Shown in pieces: positions 29,275 to 38,590 of a stretch of 64,000 nt of DNA (positions are counted from its first letter, which is position 1; each line of letters opens with the position of its first letter). The DNA is taken from NCBI GenBank assembly GCA_963836205.1, contig CAWIIV010000024.1, forward strand, positions 160,001-224,000, given 5' to 3'. The stretch comes from an uncultured Acidimicrobiia bacterium (GTDB lineage: Bacteria > Actinomycetota > Acidimicrobiia > Acidimicrobiales > AC-14). The translations under genes were made by a program, and so were the position numbers. Below the pieces are notes generated by a model. It had not been told where the DNA came from and did not search any database. It worked only from the letters and a program-made list of their open reading frames with translations.

Positions 29275-29415
29275 ATGGCTACGACGTGTGGACACGAGGG
29301 ATGCAACTGCGAGCCCCGGGAGGACGGGTTCTGCAGCGACTACTGCCAGCGCCACGCCACCCGCGAGGGTCACCAGGCCCACGACTGCAACTGCGGACAT
29401 CCCGGTTGCCACTGA
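29275..29415 (+). CDS. Bacterial metallothionein-like protein (46 aa; below the ORF-track cutoff)
   Basis: MATTCGHEGCNCEPREDGFCSDYCQRHATREGHQAHDCNCGHPGCH; 8 Cys and 6 His; TAGCCT -10 lies 6 nt upstream (leaderless). Confidence 0.85.
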   Translation: MATTCGHEGCNCEPREDGFCSDYCQRHATREGHQAHDCNCGHPGCH

Positions 29416-29419
29416 CCCG

Positions 29420-30367
29420 GTGACGGTGATCGGCCCCGGCGTCGTCCAGATCGACACCCTCCTGGGCGGGTGGGAACGGGTCACCGCCGGCTACCTGGTC
29501 GAGGGCCCGGAGCCGGTGCTGGTGGAGACGGGCAGCCAGACGTCGGTGCCGTCGCTGCTCGCCGCGCTGGCCGACCACGGGTTGGGGCCGTCCGACCTGG
29601 CCGGTGTGGTCGTCACCCACATCCACCTCGACCACGCCGGTGGGGTGGGCGACGTGGCCGCCGCCTTCCCCCGGGCGCGGGTGTACGTGCACGAGAAGGG
29701 GGCCCGCCACCTGGCCGACCCGTCGAGACTGGTGGCGTCGGCCGCCCGGGTCTACGGCGACCTCCTCGACTCTCTCTACGGCCGCCTGGAGCCGACGCCC
29801 GCCGACCGCATCACCGTGCTCGGCGACGGCGACCAGGTGGTGGTCGGACCGGGGCGGACATTGACCGCGGTCGACTCCCCCGGGCACGCCAAGCACCACC
29901 TGGGCCTGCACGATTCCGAGTCGGGGATCCTCTTCGTGGGCGACGCGGTGGGCGTGCGTCTCCCCGACGTGGGCGTGCTCCGGCCGGCGACCCCCCCGCC
30001 CGACTTCGACCTCGACCTCGCCCTCGACTCCCTGGGTCGCTTCGCCGCCCGCCGCCCCTCGGCCCTCGCCCTGGCCCACTTCGGGATCATCCCGGGCGAC
30101 CCGTCGGAGTCGCTGGCCGAGGCGGCCGAGGTGCTGCGCCGGTGGGCGGAGGTGGCGGAGGCGGCGTGGCGGGAGGGTCGCGACATCCCCGCCGCCCTGT
30201 CGGCCGCCTTCGGCGCCGATCTCGCCGGTGTCGGCGCCGACGACCAGGCCCGGCTGGAGACCCTCAACGGCGTGCACTCCAACGCCGCCGGCATCCGCCG
30301 CTGGCTGGAGCAACGGGCCGCGGCCACCCCGGGCTCCGGTTCGGACGCCGGCGGTCGGCCGGCGTGA
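29420..30367 (+). CDS. MBL-fold metallo-hydrolase
   Basis: THIHLDHAGG, SPGHAKHH, FVGDA, LAHFG; GTG 4 nt after the metallothionein stop. Confidence 0.9.
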   Translation: MTVIGPGVVQIDTLLGGWERVTAGYLVEGPEPVLVETGSQTSVPSLLAALADHGLGPSDLAGVVVTHIHLDHAGGVGDVAAAFPRARVYVHEKGARHLADPSRLVASAARVYGDLLDSLYGRLEPTPADRITVLGDGDQVVVGPGRTLTAVDSPGHAKHHLGLHDSESGILFVGDAVGVRLPDVGVLRPATPPPDFDLDLALDSLGRFAARRPSALALAHFGIIPGDPSESLAEAAEVLRRWAEVAEAAWREGRDIPAALSAAFGADLAGVGADDQARLETLNGVHSNAAGIRRWLEQRAAATPGSGSDAGGRPA

Positions 30368-30370
30368 TCC

Positions 30371-31426
30371 TCACACGTTGACGACGACGTACTCGAAGAC
30401 GGGGCCGGCGGTGAGACCGGTCGGCTGGCCGTTGACGACGACCGGCGTGCCCGCCAGGACCTGCCCCGCGAGCTTGAGCTCGAACATGATGCCCATGGCC
30501 GCGTCGAAATGGGCGGGCTCACCGTCGAAAACCCGTTGCAGGGCGTTGAGGAGTCGGCTGAGGGTGATCTGAAACTGGTTGGCCCGCCGTCGGGCCTCGG
30601 TCTTCGGATCGAGGGCGGCGAGAACCTGGTTGGGGGTCATCGGCCAGACACCCTCGGCGTCGAAGGGGTAGGGGTCGCCGGTGTACGAGAAGCCGATGGC
30701 GACGGACGGGTCGCGGACCAGCCGTCTGCCCCGCACGATCGCCTCGAACCGGTAGTAGTGGGCGACGTCGCCGTCCGGGTCGAGCGGTTTGGTCGGGGTT
30801 CCTTCGCCCTCCTCGATGATCAGCTCGATCGCCCGCACCGCCGAGACGGCGTCGGTGATGGCGAACAATCGCTCGGCCGGGTACCACTCCGGTACTACCA
30901 ACTGGCGGGCGGGATCACCGGCGAACGCGGTATCACCGAGGTCGGCGAACTTGTTGCGCAGCTCCCGGTAGAACTCGCCGATCGTGGCAAACGTCGGGAG
31001 CGCCTCCCGGAGGCTCGGGCCCGGAATCACCAGCACCTTCTCGGGCTCTTCGATCTCCATGAAGACCTTCCGCAGAAGCTCGTGGGAGAACGGTTCCAGG
31101 CCGACGAGAAGTTCGTCGGTGACGCCGAGCGGTAGACGGGACGGGTAGTCGGGCAGGAAATCGGAATCCGCGATCACCGGTCGCCGGCCCAGCGCGTTGA
31201 GGAGGTTGCAGGCGATCGCCATGTGCAGCATCTCGTCGACGACGATGTCGTGGATGTCCCACCAGATCTCCCGGTTGCGGCCCGGTTTCAGCGACAGCAT
31301 GGCGGTCAGATACGGCGGGATCGTGGAGAACTCGAGCTCGACCGCCTTTTGCACGAGAGGGGCCAGGTCGTCGGCCGACGTCGCCTCGTTGGCCGCGTCC
31401 ACCGCGGCTCGATCGATCCGAAGCAT
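30371..31426 (-). CDS. Ferritin-like protein resembling the VioB/StaD/RebD C-terminal domain
   Basis: AVELEFSTIPPYLTAMLSL, DEMLHM, FMEIEEP, TIGEFY, IIEEGEG, AHYYRF. Confidence 0.85.
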   Translation of the reverse strand: MLRIDRAAVDAANEATSADDLAPLVQKAVELEFSTIPPYLTAMLSLKPGRNREIWWDIHDIVVDEMLHMAIACNLLNALGRRPVIADSDFLPDYPSRLPLGVTDELLVGLEPFSHELLRKVFMEIEEPEKVLVIPGPSLREALPTFATIGEFYRELRNKFADLGDTAFAGDPARQLVVPEWYPAERLFAITDAVSAVRAIELIIEEGEGTPTKPLDPDGDVAHYYRFEAIVRGRRLVRDPSVAIGFSYTGDPYPFDAEGVWPMTPNQVLAALDPKTEARRRANQFQITLSRLLNALQRVFDGEPAHFDAAMGIMFELKLAGQVLAGTPVVVNGQPTGLTAGPVFEYVVVNV

Positions 31427-31435
31427 GACGGCCTC

Positions 31436-33319
31436 CTAGTCCTCGGGCTCGGGCTCGGGCTCGGGTTCGGTGCCGAGCCGCGCCGCCACCTGCCGTCCGA
31501 TCTCGGCGGCAGCCGCGCTCTTGGCGTCGGGCACGGGTGAAACGTCTCGATCGGCGGGCGGCGACCCGCTGTCGCTCGGCGCGAGCCCCAGTCGTCTGCG
31601 GTCGCCGGGTCTGTCGGGGGGACGACCTCCGGCGGCCGGGAGCTGTTCGAGCCAGCGGACGATCGTGGCCTGCTTGGGCTCCGAGAGGTCGCGGGTGACG
31701 GGCATGTAGTTGGGGTCGCCCATCTTGCGAGTCATGGCGAACAGCAGCGCCCGACGCCACGGCGGCAGCGCGTCCCGATCACCGAGGTCGACCAGGTGCT
31801 CGCTCATGATCGGGTAGAGCCGGGCGTACTGCGTCAGGATCGGCTTGACGTGGCGGTCCCAGTCCGGACGGTCGGGCACCACGAAGGGATCTCGAACATG
31901 GGCCACGATCACGTCGAGGCCGGTGAGCCCGGTGCCGGTTGGGTCGGGCGAACCGTTGCGCAGCCGGGGCGAGTACCTGACCCTCGCGATCTCGCCGTCG
32001 ATTGCGTCCTGGGCGCCCGGGGGCACACCCGCGGTGAGCGGGATCTCGACGTTGCCGGCGGGCCCGGTACGGACCGGGCTGGGGACAGTGAGCAGGGGCG
32101 GCGTGCCGACGGGGGCGAGGTGGATCGTGACCTCGGGGGCGGGCACCCCTCGCCGCAGGGCGTAGACGGTGGCCTTCGCGTTCCCGCGGGCCTCGATCCG
32201 GTGGACGAAGTCGTCGACCCGCACGTAGAGGCCGTCGGCGGTCTCCCGGCCGACCACCCGGCGGGTCCCGTCCTGGCGTCGCACGACCAGCCCGAGTGGA
32301 CGCTGGGCGACCACCGCGGCCACGGCGGGTGCCAGCGCGAACGAATACACGCCGGACTGCGCGGGCGCGTCGGCCAAGTCGACGGTGCCGATGATCGCCG
32401 TCGCCCCGTCGTCGGCCGCGATGATCGCCCCCGCCGTCACCGTCTCGGACGCGAGGATGGCCAGTTCCAAGGCCACCATGCGCTCCTGCGGGGTGGACAG
32501 GGCCGCGAGCGTGGCCGGCGTCCCCACCGGGTCGACGATGGGGTAGGCGTTCCCCAGGTCGAGGACGATCCGCGACTCCGCCTCGTCCACCGAGGCGACC
32601 GACCAGGCCAGGAGGATGGGGTCGGGGCCAGGACGGGCGAGCACGCCGGCATCGATCCGGCGGCCGGCGGCGAACCTGGCCGGCTCCCCGTCCCGCCACG
32701 GCCCGATGCACCCGGTGAGCGACCCGGTCCCGAAGAGGGCATCGACGTGTGCGTAGTAGTAGCCGAAGGTGTTGAGGACGATCGAGAGCCGGTTGGCGTC
32801 ACTCTCGGCCCGGATCGCGGACAGCGCGGCCGACGTCGCCGCTCGAGGGCCGTAGGTGACGTCGTCGAGCACCGAGACGAACGATGCGCCGGCCTGCTGG
32901 CCGTTTCCGCCCTCCACCGTCTGCCGAGTCCAGACGTCGCGGAAGCCCGACACCCGGAACGAGCCGGAGACCAGCTCCTCGCCGGACCCGGGGTCGACGA
33001 GACGCACCTGGAGGGCCCAGATCTCCGACGACATCTGCCATCGCGGATCGAGGTCGACCAGCTTCGCACCCGGCCGGTCGGCGGCACCGACGACCGCCAG
33101 GCCGGTCGCCGGGTCCTGGTCGCCGATCGGGTTGCCGTCGGGATGCTCGCCGCCGTTCACGCGGCAGCCGAGGAAGTCGAAGGTCCCGCCTCCCCCCCGG
33201 TTCCACAACGGGTCCACGATGGGTCCGGGTTCGAATGCCCCGGGATCGTTGTTCACCGTCGGGACGTCGGCGAAGAACCGGCCGGAGAAGGTGATCCGGG
33301 TGCCGTTGAGGTAGCTCAT
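31436..33319 (-). CDS. VioB/StaD N-terminal-region-like protein
   Basis: MSYLNGTRITFSGRFFADVPTVNND N-terminus, AKLVDLDP, YARLYPIM and YMPVTRDLS motifs resemble VioB-type proteins. Confidence 0.7.
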   Translation of the reverse strand: MSYLNGTRITFSGRFFADVPTVNNDPGAFEPGPIVDPLWNRGGGGTFDFLGCRVNGGEHPDGNPIGDQDPATGLAVVGAADRPGAKLVDLDPRWQMSSEIWALQVRLVDPGSGEELVSGSFRVSGFRDVWTRQTVEGGNGQQAGASFVSVLDDVTYGPRAATSAALSAIRAESDANRLSIVLNTFGYYYAHVDALFGTGSLTGCIGPWRDGEPARFAAGRRIDAGVLARPGPDPILLAWSVASVDEAESRIVLDLGNAYPIVDPVGTPATLAALSTPQERMVALELAILASETVTAGAIIAADDGATAIIGTVDLADAPAQSGVYSFALAPAVAAVVAQRPLGLVVRRQDGTRRVVGRETADGLYVRVDDFVHRIEARGNAKATVYALRRGVPAPEVTIHLAPVGTPPLLTVPSPVRTGPAGNVEIPLTAGVPPGAQDAIDGEIARVRYSPRLRNGSPDPTGTGLTGLDVIVAHVRDPFVVPDRPDWDRHVKPILTQYARLYPIMSEHLVDLGDRDALPPWRRALLFAMTRKMGDPNYMPVTRDLSEPKQATIVRWLEQLPAAGGRPPDRPGDRRRLGLAPSDSGSPPADRDVSPVPDAKSAAAAEIGRQVAARLGTEPEPEPEPED

Positions 33320-33410
33320 GCGGTCCTCCGGGAGAAGGCGCCCTGGCTCTATCGACGCTAGCTCGATGGCCTGCGGCCTGACCCGCGGGTGGAGGGTGGC
33401 TGGCGATCGG

Positions 33411-34433
33411 TTAGGCGGCGGCGACCTCGTCGGCGGTGGCGATGGCGATGGTGACGGCCAGCACCGACAGGAGCGCCCCCGGCACGCCCGCCAGCTCCAG
33501 CCCGACCAGGCCGGCGGCGAGGGTGAGGAACGGTCCCACATGGACCGTTTGCCGCTCCACCCGGTTCTCCACCAGCAGGTTCTCGGCCAACTGGTAGGCG
33601 ATGAACACCACCGCCAGCCAGGTGGCGTCGGCGGCCGAGCTCACCGCGGCCAGGGCCACGATCGGCATGGCGCCGACGAGGGCGCCCCCGAGCGGCACCA
33701 GGTCCCACAGGCCGACCCAGATGCCGAGCGCGGCCGGTCCCGGGACGTCGGCCGCCCGGGCCATGGCGAAGGCGAACAGCCCCGCGGCCACGGCCATGGT
33801 GAGGGAGGCGGCGGCGTAACCGAAGGCCCGGCCGTAGACCACCGGACCCAGTTCCCGCAGCCGCTCCCGGCGCCGGGGATCGGAGAACTGGCGGACGGCG
33901 GCCGCCGCGATCCGGGGTCCGTGCTGCAGGAAGAAGATGGTGAGCACGCCCGTGGCCAGGAAGGCCACCCCCCGGGTGGCGGCGGCCCGGATGGCGTCGG
34001 CCGTCGATCCCCCTCGGAGGCGCTCGGGGAGTTGGTCGAGGAAGCTGCGGGTGCGCTCGGCCAGGTGGAGGTCGCGCGCCATCTCCCCGAAGCGGGGTGA
34101 GCGCTCCAGCTCCTCGGCTCGCTCGGGCGCCACTGCTTGGAGGCGAGTGGTCTCGGCGCGGACGTCGTCGATCAGGCCGTAGATCACCACCCCCGCCGTC
34201 CCCACCAGGACCACCATGACCAGCAGCACGGCCAGCCCCCGGCGCATGCGCCGTTGCAGCCACGACACGATCGGGTGCAGGAGGCCGGCGAAGGTGGCCG
34301 CCACCAGGATCCAGCCGATCACCCGGCGGGAGGCGGCGAGCATGGCCAGCCCCCCGAGGGTGGCGCCCAGCATGGCGACGGCCAGCACCGCCGACCGGGG
34401 ACTGATCGACAGCCGCTCCCTGGGCACCGCCAC
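33411..34433 (-). CDS. AI-2E family transporter
   Basis: Multi-TM, DLVPLGG, YQLAENLLV, GVPGALL. Confidence 0.85.
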   Translation of the reverse strand: MAVPRERLSISPRSAVLAVAMLGATLGGLAMLAASRRVIGWILVAATFAGLLHPIVSWLQRRMRRGLAVLLVMVVLVGTAGVVIYGLIDDVRAETTRLQAVAPERAEELERSPRFGEMARDLHLAERTRSFLDQLPERLRGGSTADAIRAAATRGVAFLATGVLTIFFLQHGPRIAAAAVRQFSDPRRRERLRELGPVVYGRAFGYAAASLTMAVAAGLFAFAMARAADVPGPAALGIWVGLWDLVPLGGALVGAMPIVALAAVSSAADATWLAVVFIAYQLAENLLVENRVERQTVHVGPFLTLAAGLVGLELAGVPGALLSVLAVTIAIATADEVAAA

Positions 34434-34450
34434 GTCGGTACAGTACCGAC
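34434..34450. promoter_or_regulatory. Palindromic bidirectional -10 element
   Basis: GTCGGTAC-A-GTACCGAC perfect inverted repeat containing TACAGT (+) and TACTGT (-), 6-7 nt from divergent GTG starts. Confidence 0.7.
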
Positions 34451-34451
34451 G

Positions 34452-35804
34452 GTGGCGGACTCCGGCCTCCCCCCGGTGGTACAGCCCGCGGTCACCGCGG
34501 GGCCCATCGGCGGCGAGCGCAGGCGACGGTGGTGGCGGGGCGTCGATCCGCCCACCCGGGAGGTCGACCTCGACTGGCGTTCGGTGGCCTGGGTGCTGGG
34601 CGCCTTCGTCGCCCTGCTCGCCCTCACCAATCTCATCCGGGTCGCGCCCCGGGCCCTCACCGTCCTGGCCGTGGGGACGCTCCTGGCCCTGGCCCTGACC
34701 CCGGTGGTCACCGCCGCCCAGCGCCGATTGCATCTGGGCCGTCCGGGCGCGGTGGCCGCGGTCGTCGCGGGACTGGTGCTGCTGGCGGTGGCCGCGGTGG
34801 CGCTCCTCGTCCCCCCCGCCATCCGTCAGGGGCGCCAGCTCGGTGGCGACCTCGACGAGGTCGTGGGCCAGATCGAGACCCTTCCCGTGATCGGCGACGA
34901 TCTGGCCGAGGCGGGCACCGCCGACAAGGTCCGGACGTGGATCGAGGACCTGCCCAACCGCCTCGAAGGCGACGACACGCCCATCGGCGACGCCGCCGTC
35001 CGGGTGGCCGACGGGTTCATCGCCTTCTTCTTCACGCTCCTCGTCACCATCAGCCTCCTGCTCGACGGTGAACGCCTGGTCCGGGGGCTACGGCGGCTGG
35101 TGCCACCGCCGCGGCGCAAGCAGGCAGACCGCATCGGCCGGCTGGCCTACGAGACGGTCGGTCGTTATGTGGCCGGATCGGTGCTGGTGGCGGGCATCGC
35201 CGGGCTCAGCATCCTGGTGATGGGCCTGATCCTGGGCGTGCCCCTCACCCCGCTGCTGGCCCTGTGGGTCGCCATCTTCGACCTCGTGCCCCAGATCGGG
35301 GGGGCGATGGGCGGCATCCCATTCGTTCTGCTCGGGCTGACCCAGGGGGTCACCACCGGGCTGATCTGCGCCGGCTTCTTCATCCTGTACCTGCAGTTCG
35401 AGAACCACATCCTCGGCCCGCTGATCGTGGGCAAGTCGGTGCACCTGTCGCCCCCCGCCACCATGACCGCGGCCCTCATCGGTGTCTCCGCCGGCGGCGT
35501 GGTCGGCGCCCTGCTCGCGGTGCCGGTGGTGGCCTCGGTGAAGGTGGTGTACCTCGAGCTGCGCCAGCCGCCGCCCGAACCCGACCTGGAGCGTTTCACC
35601 GGGGCCGGGGCGGGGGACGGGTCGGAGGTGAGCGAAACCACTGCCCCCACGGACGAGGCGGTCACCAGCGTCCCCCTCGAGGACGAGGACGGCAACGAGT
35701 ACGTCATCGCCCAGCAAAACAGCGGGGCGGCGGAGACCACCGAGGGCGGCGGCGAGTACCCCGAGCCCGGCACACCGCCCCAACCCCCCGCCCCCGGCGC
35801 CTGA
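34452..35804 (+). CDS. AI-2E family transporter with acidic C-terminal extension
   Basis: DLVPQIGG, YLQFENHILGPLIVGKSVHLSP, GVVGALLAVP. Confidence 0.87.
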   Translation: MADSGLPPVVQPAVTAGPIGGERRRRWWRGVDPPTREVDLDWRSVAWVLGAFVALLALTNLIRVAPRALTVLAVGTLLALALTPVVTAAQRRLHLGRPGAVAAVVAGLVLLAVAAVALLVPPAIRQGRQLGGDLDEVVGQIETLPVIGDDLAEAGTADKVRTWIEDLPNRLEGDDTPIGDAAVRVADGFIAFFFTLLVTISLLLDGERLVRGLRRLVPPPRRKQADRIGRLAYETVGRYVAGSVLVAGIAGLSILVMGLILGVPLTPLLALWVAIFDLVPQIGGAMGGIPFVLLGLTQGVTTGLICAGFFILYLQFENHILGPLIVGKSVHLSPPATMTAALIGVSAGGVVGALLAVPVVASVKVVYLELRQPPPEPDLERFTGAGAGDGSEVSETTAPTDEAVTSVPLEDEDGNEYVIAQQNSGAAETTEGGGEYPEPGTPPQPPAPGA

Positions 35805-36091
35805 CCTGCCGCGGTTCCCGCGTCGGTGGGGATCGGTGCGCGGGCCTATTCGGCCCGGACGCCGACGATCCCTGCGATCAGGCGAGGTCGGCACGTCGGG
35901 CCGTCGTTCGGCGCCGAGGGAGACGAGCCACCCTGTTGCCACTCAACTACCTGGGTGGCCAGCCCCCTCGCAACGGACCTGGGGGCGGACTCCTCGGCGT
36001 TGAATTGTCACGACTATTCCATTCAGTCCGCCTGACGAACTGATTTGTGTGTCCCACAATGGAGTAGGCACGTCGGCAATACTGAGGGTCC

Positions 36092-36859
36092 CTATCCCGT
36101 TTGCACACTGTTGAGGCGCTCCGCGCACAACATGGCAAGTTCCTCGACCTTCACCGAATGGCTCCCGCTGTAGTTATAGGTGCCGACGAGTACGACTACA
36201 TTGCCTTTGCGGATGAAGACTCCGTCAACGTGAGGAGTACCCCACGAGTCCGAAGGTCTGTCAGCTGTGATTCTCAGAGTCTCGTCACCAAGGGTGGGTC
36301 CAGGCAATATTCGATAGCCGCATCTTTCGGCAGCTTCCTTTACCACCGAGAACAGTACCGTCGCCCCGTCCTCGGCGAATGCCCCTGCGCTACTGCCAAA
36401 GCCGACCCAACCGGCGCCGAATGATGCGCTCTTGAAGTAGGCACCGCTAACGTCGGATGTGAGGCCAGTAGCCGGAACGCGCTGTCCGCATAAGTCCATT
36501 CTCGCGAGACCACCAAAGAGGCTGTCTTTGATCCCGCCCTCGCCTTCGATCGCCGGACCAGATCCGACTGAACTCATGCGTGTATTGAGATCCTCTCGGG
36601 TAAGAAGGACCTTAACCAAATCGGCGGCCGGCGCAAGATAACGCGTCGTGGCTCGGGGGACACTCTGCTGCGTAGAAGTGGTTTGGTCGATGAGTGATGG
36701 GGTGGTCGAAGGCTCAGTTCGCGAATTTGGTGGAGAAGGGTCACCGCGTTCAGTGCCATTGGTATTGACAATAATGGCGACAACAACGCTCACGACGCCC
36801 GTAATCAGTGCTGCAATGATCGCAGACGCTTTCCACCAAGGAGATTCGTTCTCGGCCAC
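36092..36859 (-). CDS. Membrane-anchored hypothetical protein in a low-GC islet (sensor-like extracellular domain)
   Basis: N-terminal TM, Ser/Thr/Pro linker, LLTREDL...C...C...LGDE...RKGNVVV pattern reminiscent of PknH-like extracellular domains; atypical codon usage. Confidence 0.65.
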   Translation of the reverse strand: MAENESPWWKASAIIAALITGVVSVVVAIIVNTNGTERGDPSPPNSRTEPSTTPSLIDQTTSTQQSVPRATTRYLAPAADLVKVLLTREDLNTRMSSVGSGPAIEGEGGIKDSLFGGLARMDLCGQRVPATGLTSDVSGAYFKSASFGAGWVGFGSSAGAFAEDGATVLFSVVKEAAERCGYRILPGPTLGDETLRITADRPSDSWGTPHVDGVFIRKGNVVVLVGTYNYSGSHSVKVEELAMLCAERLNSVQTG

Positions 36860-37753
36860 TCTGCGCAGACCTTTCGCGTCTCGTCGCTGAACCCTTTGTG
36901 ACTAACCTTATAGCGTGAGAGCGACTTGCGCCCATCTCCCTGCGACCCCTGCCTCGGCGAAAGAGTGTTGGTACCGGCCCCGCGAGACTGATCGTCTCCA
37001 AACCGCATGCGGCGGCCGATGCCACGCTTCTGTCTTGTGGCTCGTGTGGGACGACGAGAGCGGAATACCAGCTCCGTCGGCTGAGATGCGATGCCTGAGC
37101 TGACTCTCGGTTTTCACTACGACCCCCCTCGATTTGTGTCCTGCGATCAGTAGTTTAGGTGTTACGGCCGAAGCACATCGACCTCAAGGAAAGGGCGATC
37201 AGCCGATCGCCATTCGTTATTAGAGACGCACCTCTTGCGGAAGTTGCCGGACATCCTTGCCCGGAGTAATGGTCAATAGATGTTGGCTAGCGGCGATGCC
37301 ATCTGCCGGCCGCGTGAGCGACCCCCTGGTGTGCGTCATTCTTGTATCGGTCGCTAAATGTAGACCCGCACGACGAAAACACAGTTTGCCGGATGGATCA
37401 TGTCCGAATCCTTAGCGCCCGCAACTGAACCTACGGGTGGTGATTAGCCAGTTCGGCAAGAGTCGGACATGCCGAATACTCGGGCTGCCGAGATGAGGTC
37501 CTCTTCGGAGCCACAGTCGTCGATGTCGCGCCGCTCCTGTCGAACTTGACGCCCGCCCATGGCAACTGCCCCCTCCTAGAGTTGAGGATGGCGGCGGTCT
37601 CCTTTCGCTCGATCGCCGGTAAATCAGACGCGTGGGGTCCGGGGGCCCCCTTTCCTGGCGAAGGCCAATGCCGACGCCTGAGGCCACCGGCGGATCGGAT
37701 AGGCGGAGGGTGGTGACCACGTTCGTGACTCTGTCGGGCCGTAGCATCCGGGC

Positions 37754-38539
37754 ATGCGTCGGGGGGCCTTGACTCTGGGCCTGTTGTCGGCGGCTCTGCT
37801 TCTGGCTTTGGCAGGGTCGGGTCCGGGTCGGGATGGGGCGGTCGAGGTGGCGATGCCGACCCTCCCGCCCACCTCGGGGCCGCCGACGACCCTGCCCCTG
37901 CCCCCGGCCTTCCCGACCACCTCCACGACCCCGGCCCATCGGAACCTGGTGGCGACGGTGAAGGGTGCGTCGATCGACGTGTTCGAATCGCCCGACGCTG
38001 GCCCGGCAGCGCCGCCGGCCTGGACGCTGCCCAACCCCCGGGCGTCCGGCTCGGAGCAGGTCTTCCTCGTCATCGGCCGACAAGCGGGGTGGCTCAACGT
38101 CATGGTGCCGGTGCGGCCCAACGGGTCGACGGGGTGGATCCGAGCGGCCGACGTCTCCCTCGCCGGCCACGACTTCTCCATCGTGGTCGAGCTCGGCGCC
38201 CACAAGCTCACCGTGTACGAGGGCGACGCGGTGTGGGCCGAGGAGCCGGTGGGGGTGGGGGTGTCCAACACGCCCACGCCCGGCGGGCGGTTCTTCACGG
38301 TGGAGCTCTTCGCGTCGCAGAAGGCGGCCTACGGGCCCTACGCCTACGGGCTGTCGGGGTACTCGGAGGTGTTCTACGACTTCGGCGGCGGCGACGGCCA
38401 GTTCGGCATCCACGGGACCAGCGACCCGTCGGGAATCGGGTCGGACGTGAGCAACGGGTGCATCCGCATGAACAACGACGCCATCACCAGGTTGGCCGAG
38501 ACCCTGCCCATCGGAGTCCCGGTCGAGATCCGGGCTTGA
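37754..38539 (+). CDS. L,D-transpeptidase
   Basis: Signal peptide, TPTPGGRF, GIHGT...VSNGCIRM; leaderless with TAGCAT -10. Confidence 0.9.
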   Translation: MRRGALTLGLLSAALLLALAGSGPGRDGAVEVAMPTLPPTSGPPTTLPLPPAFPTTSTTPAHRNLVATVKGASIDVFESPDAGPAAPPAWTLPNPRASGSEQVFLVIGRQAGWLNVMVPVRPNGSTGWIRAADVSLAGHDFSIVVELGAHKLTVYEGDAVWAEEPVGVGVSNTPTPGGRFFTVELFASQKAAYGPYAYGLSGYSEVFYDFGGGDGQFGIHGTSDPSGIGSDVSNGCIRMNNDAITRLAETLPIGVPVEIRA

Positions 38540-38590
38540 CACCGGTCGTACCCTGGTAGGTGCTACCGCAGTACGTCGGGGGGAGGCGCC

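Noticed and set aside
29288-29419. N-terminal extension of the MBL hydrolase in the ORF track
   Set aside because: This stretch encodes the metallothionein in another frame; the hydrolase more plausibly starts at GTG 29420.
30371-33319. Violacein or indolocarbazole biosynthetic cluster
   Set aside because: No vioA/C/D/E or staO/P/C homologues are adjacent.
36880-36930. c-di-AMP (ydaO) riboswitch-like snippet (gctgaaccc...actaacc)
   Set aside because: Only short partial matches, on the wrong strand for the adjacent gene; the remaining conserved blocks were not found.
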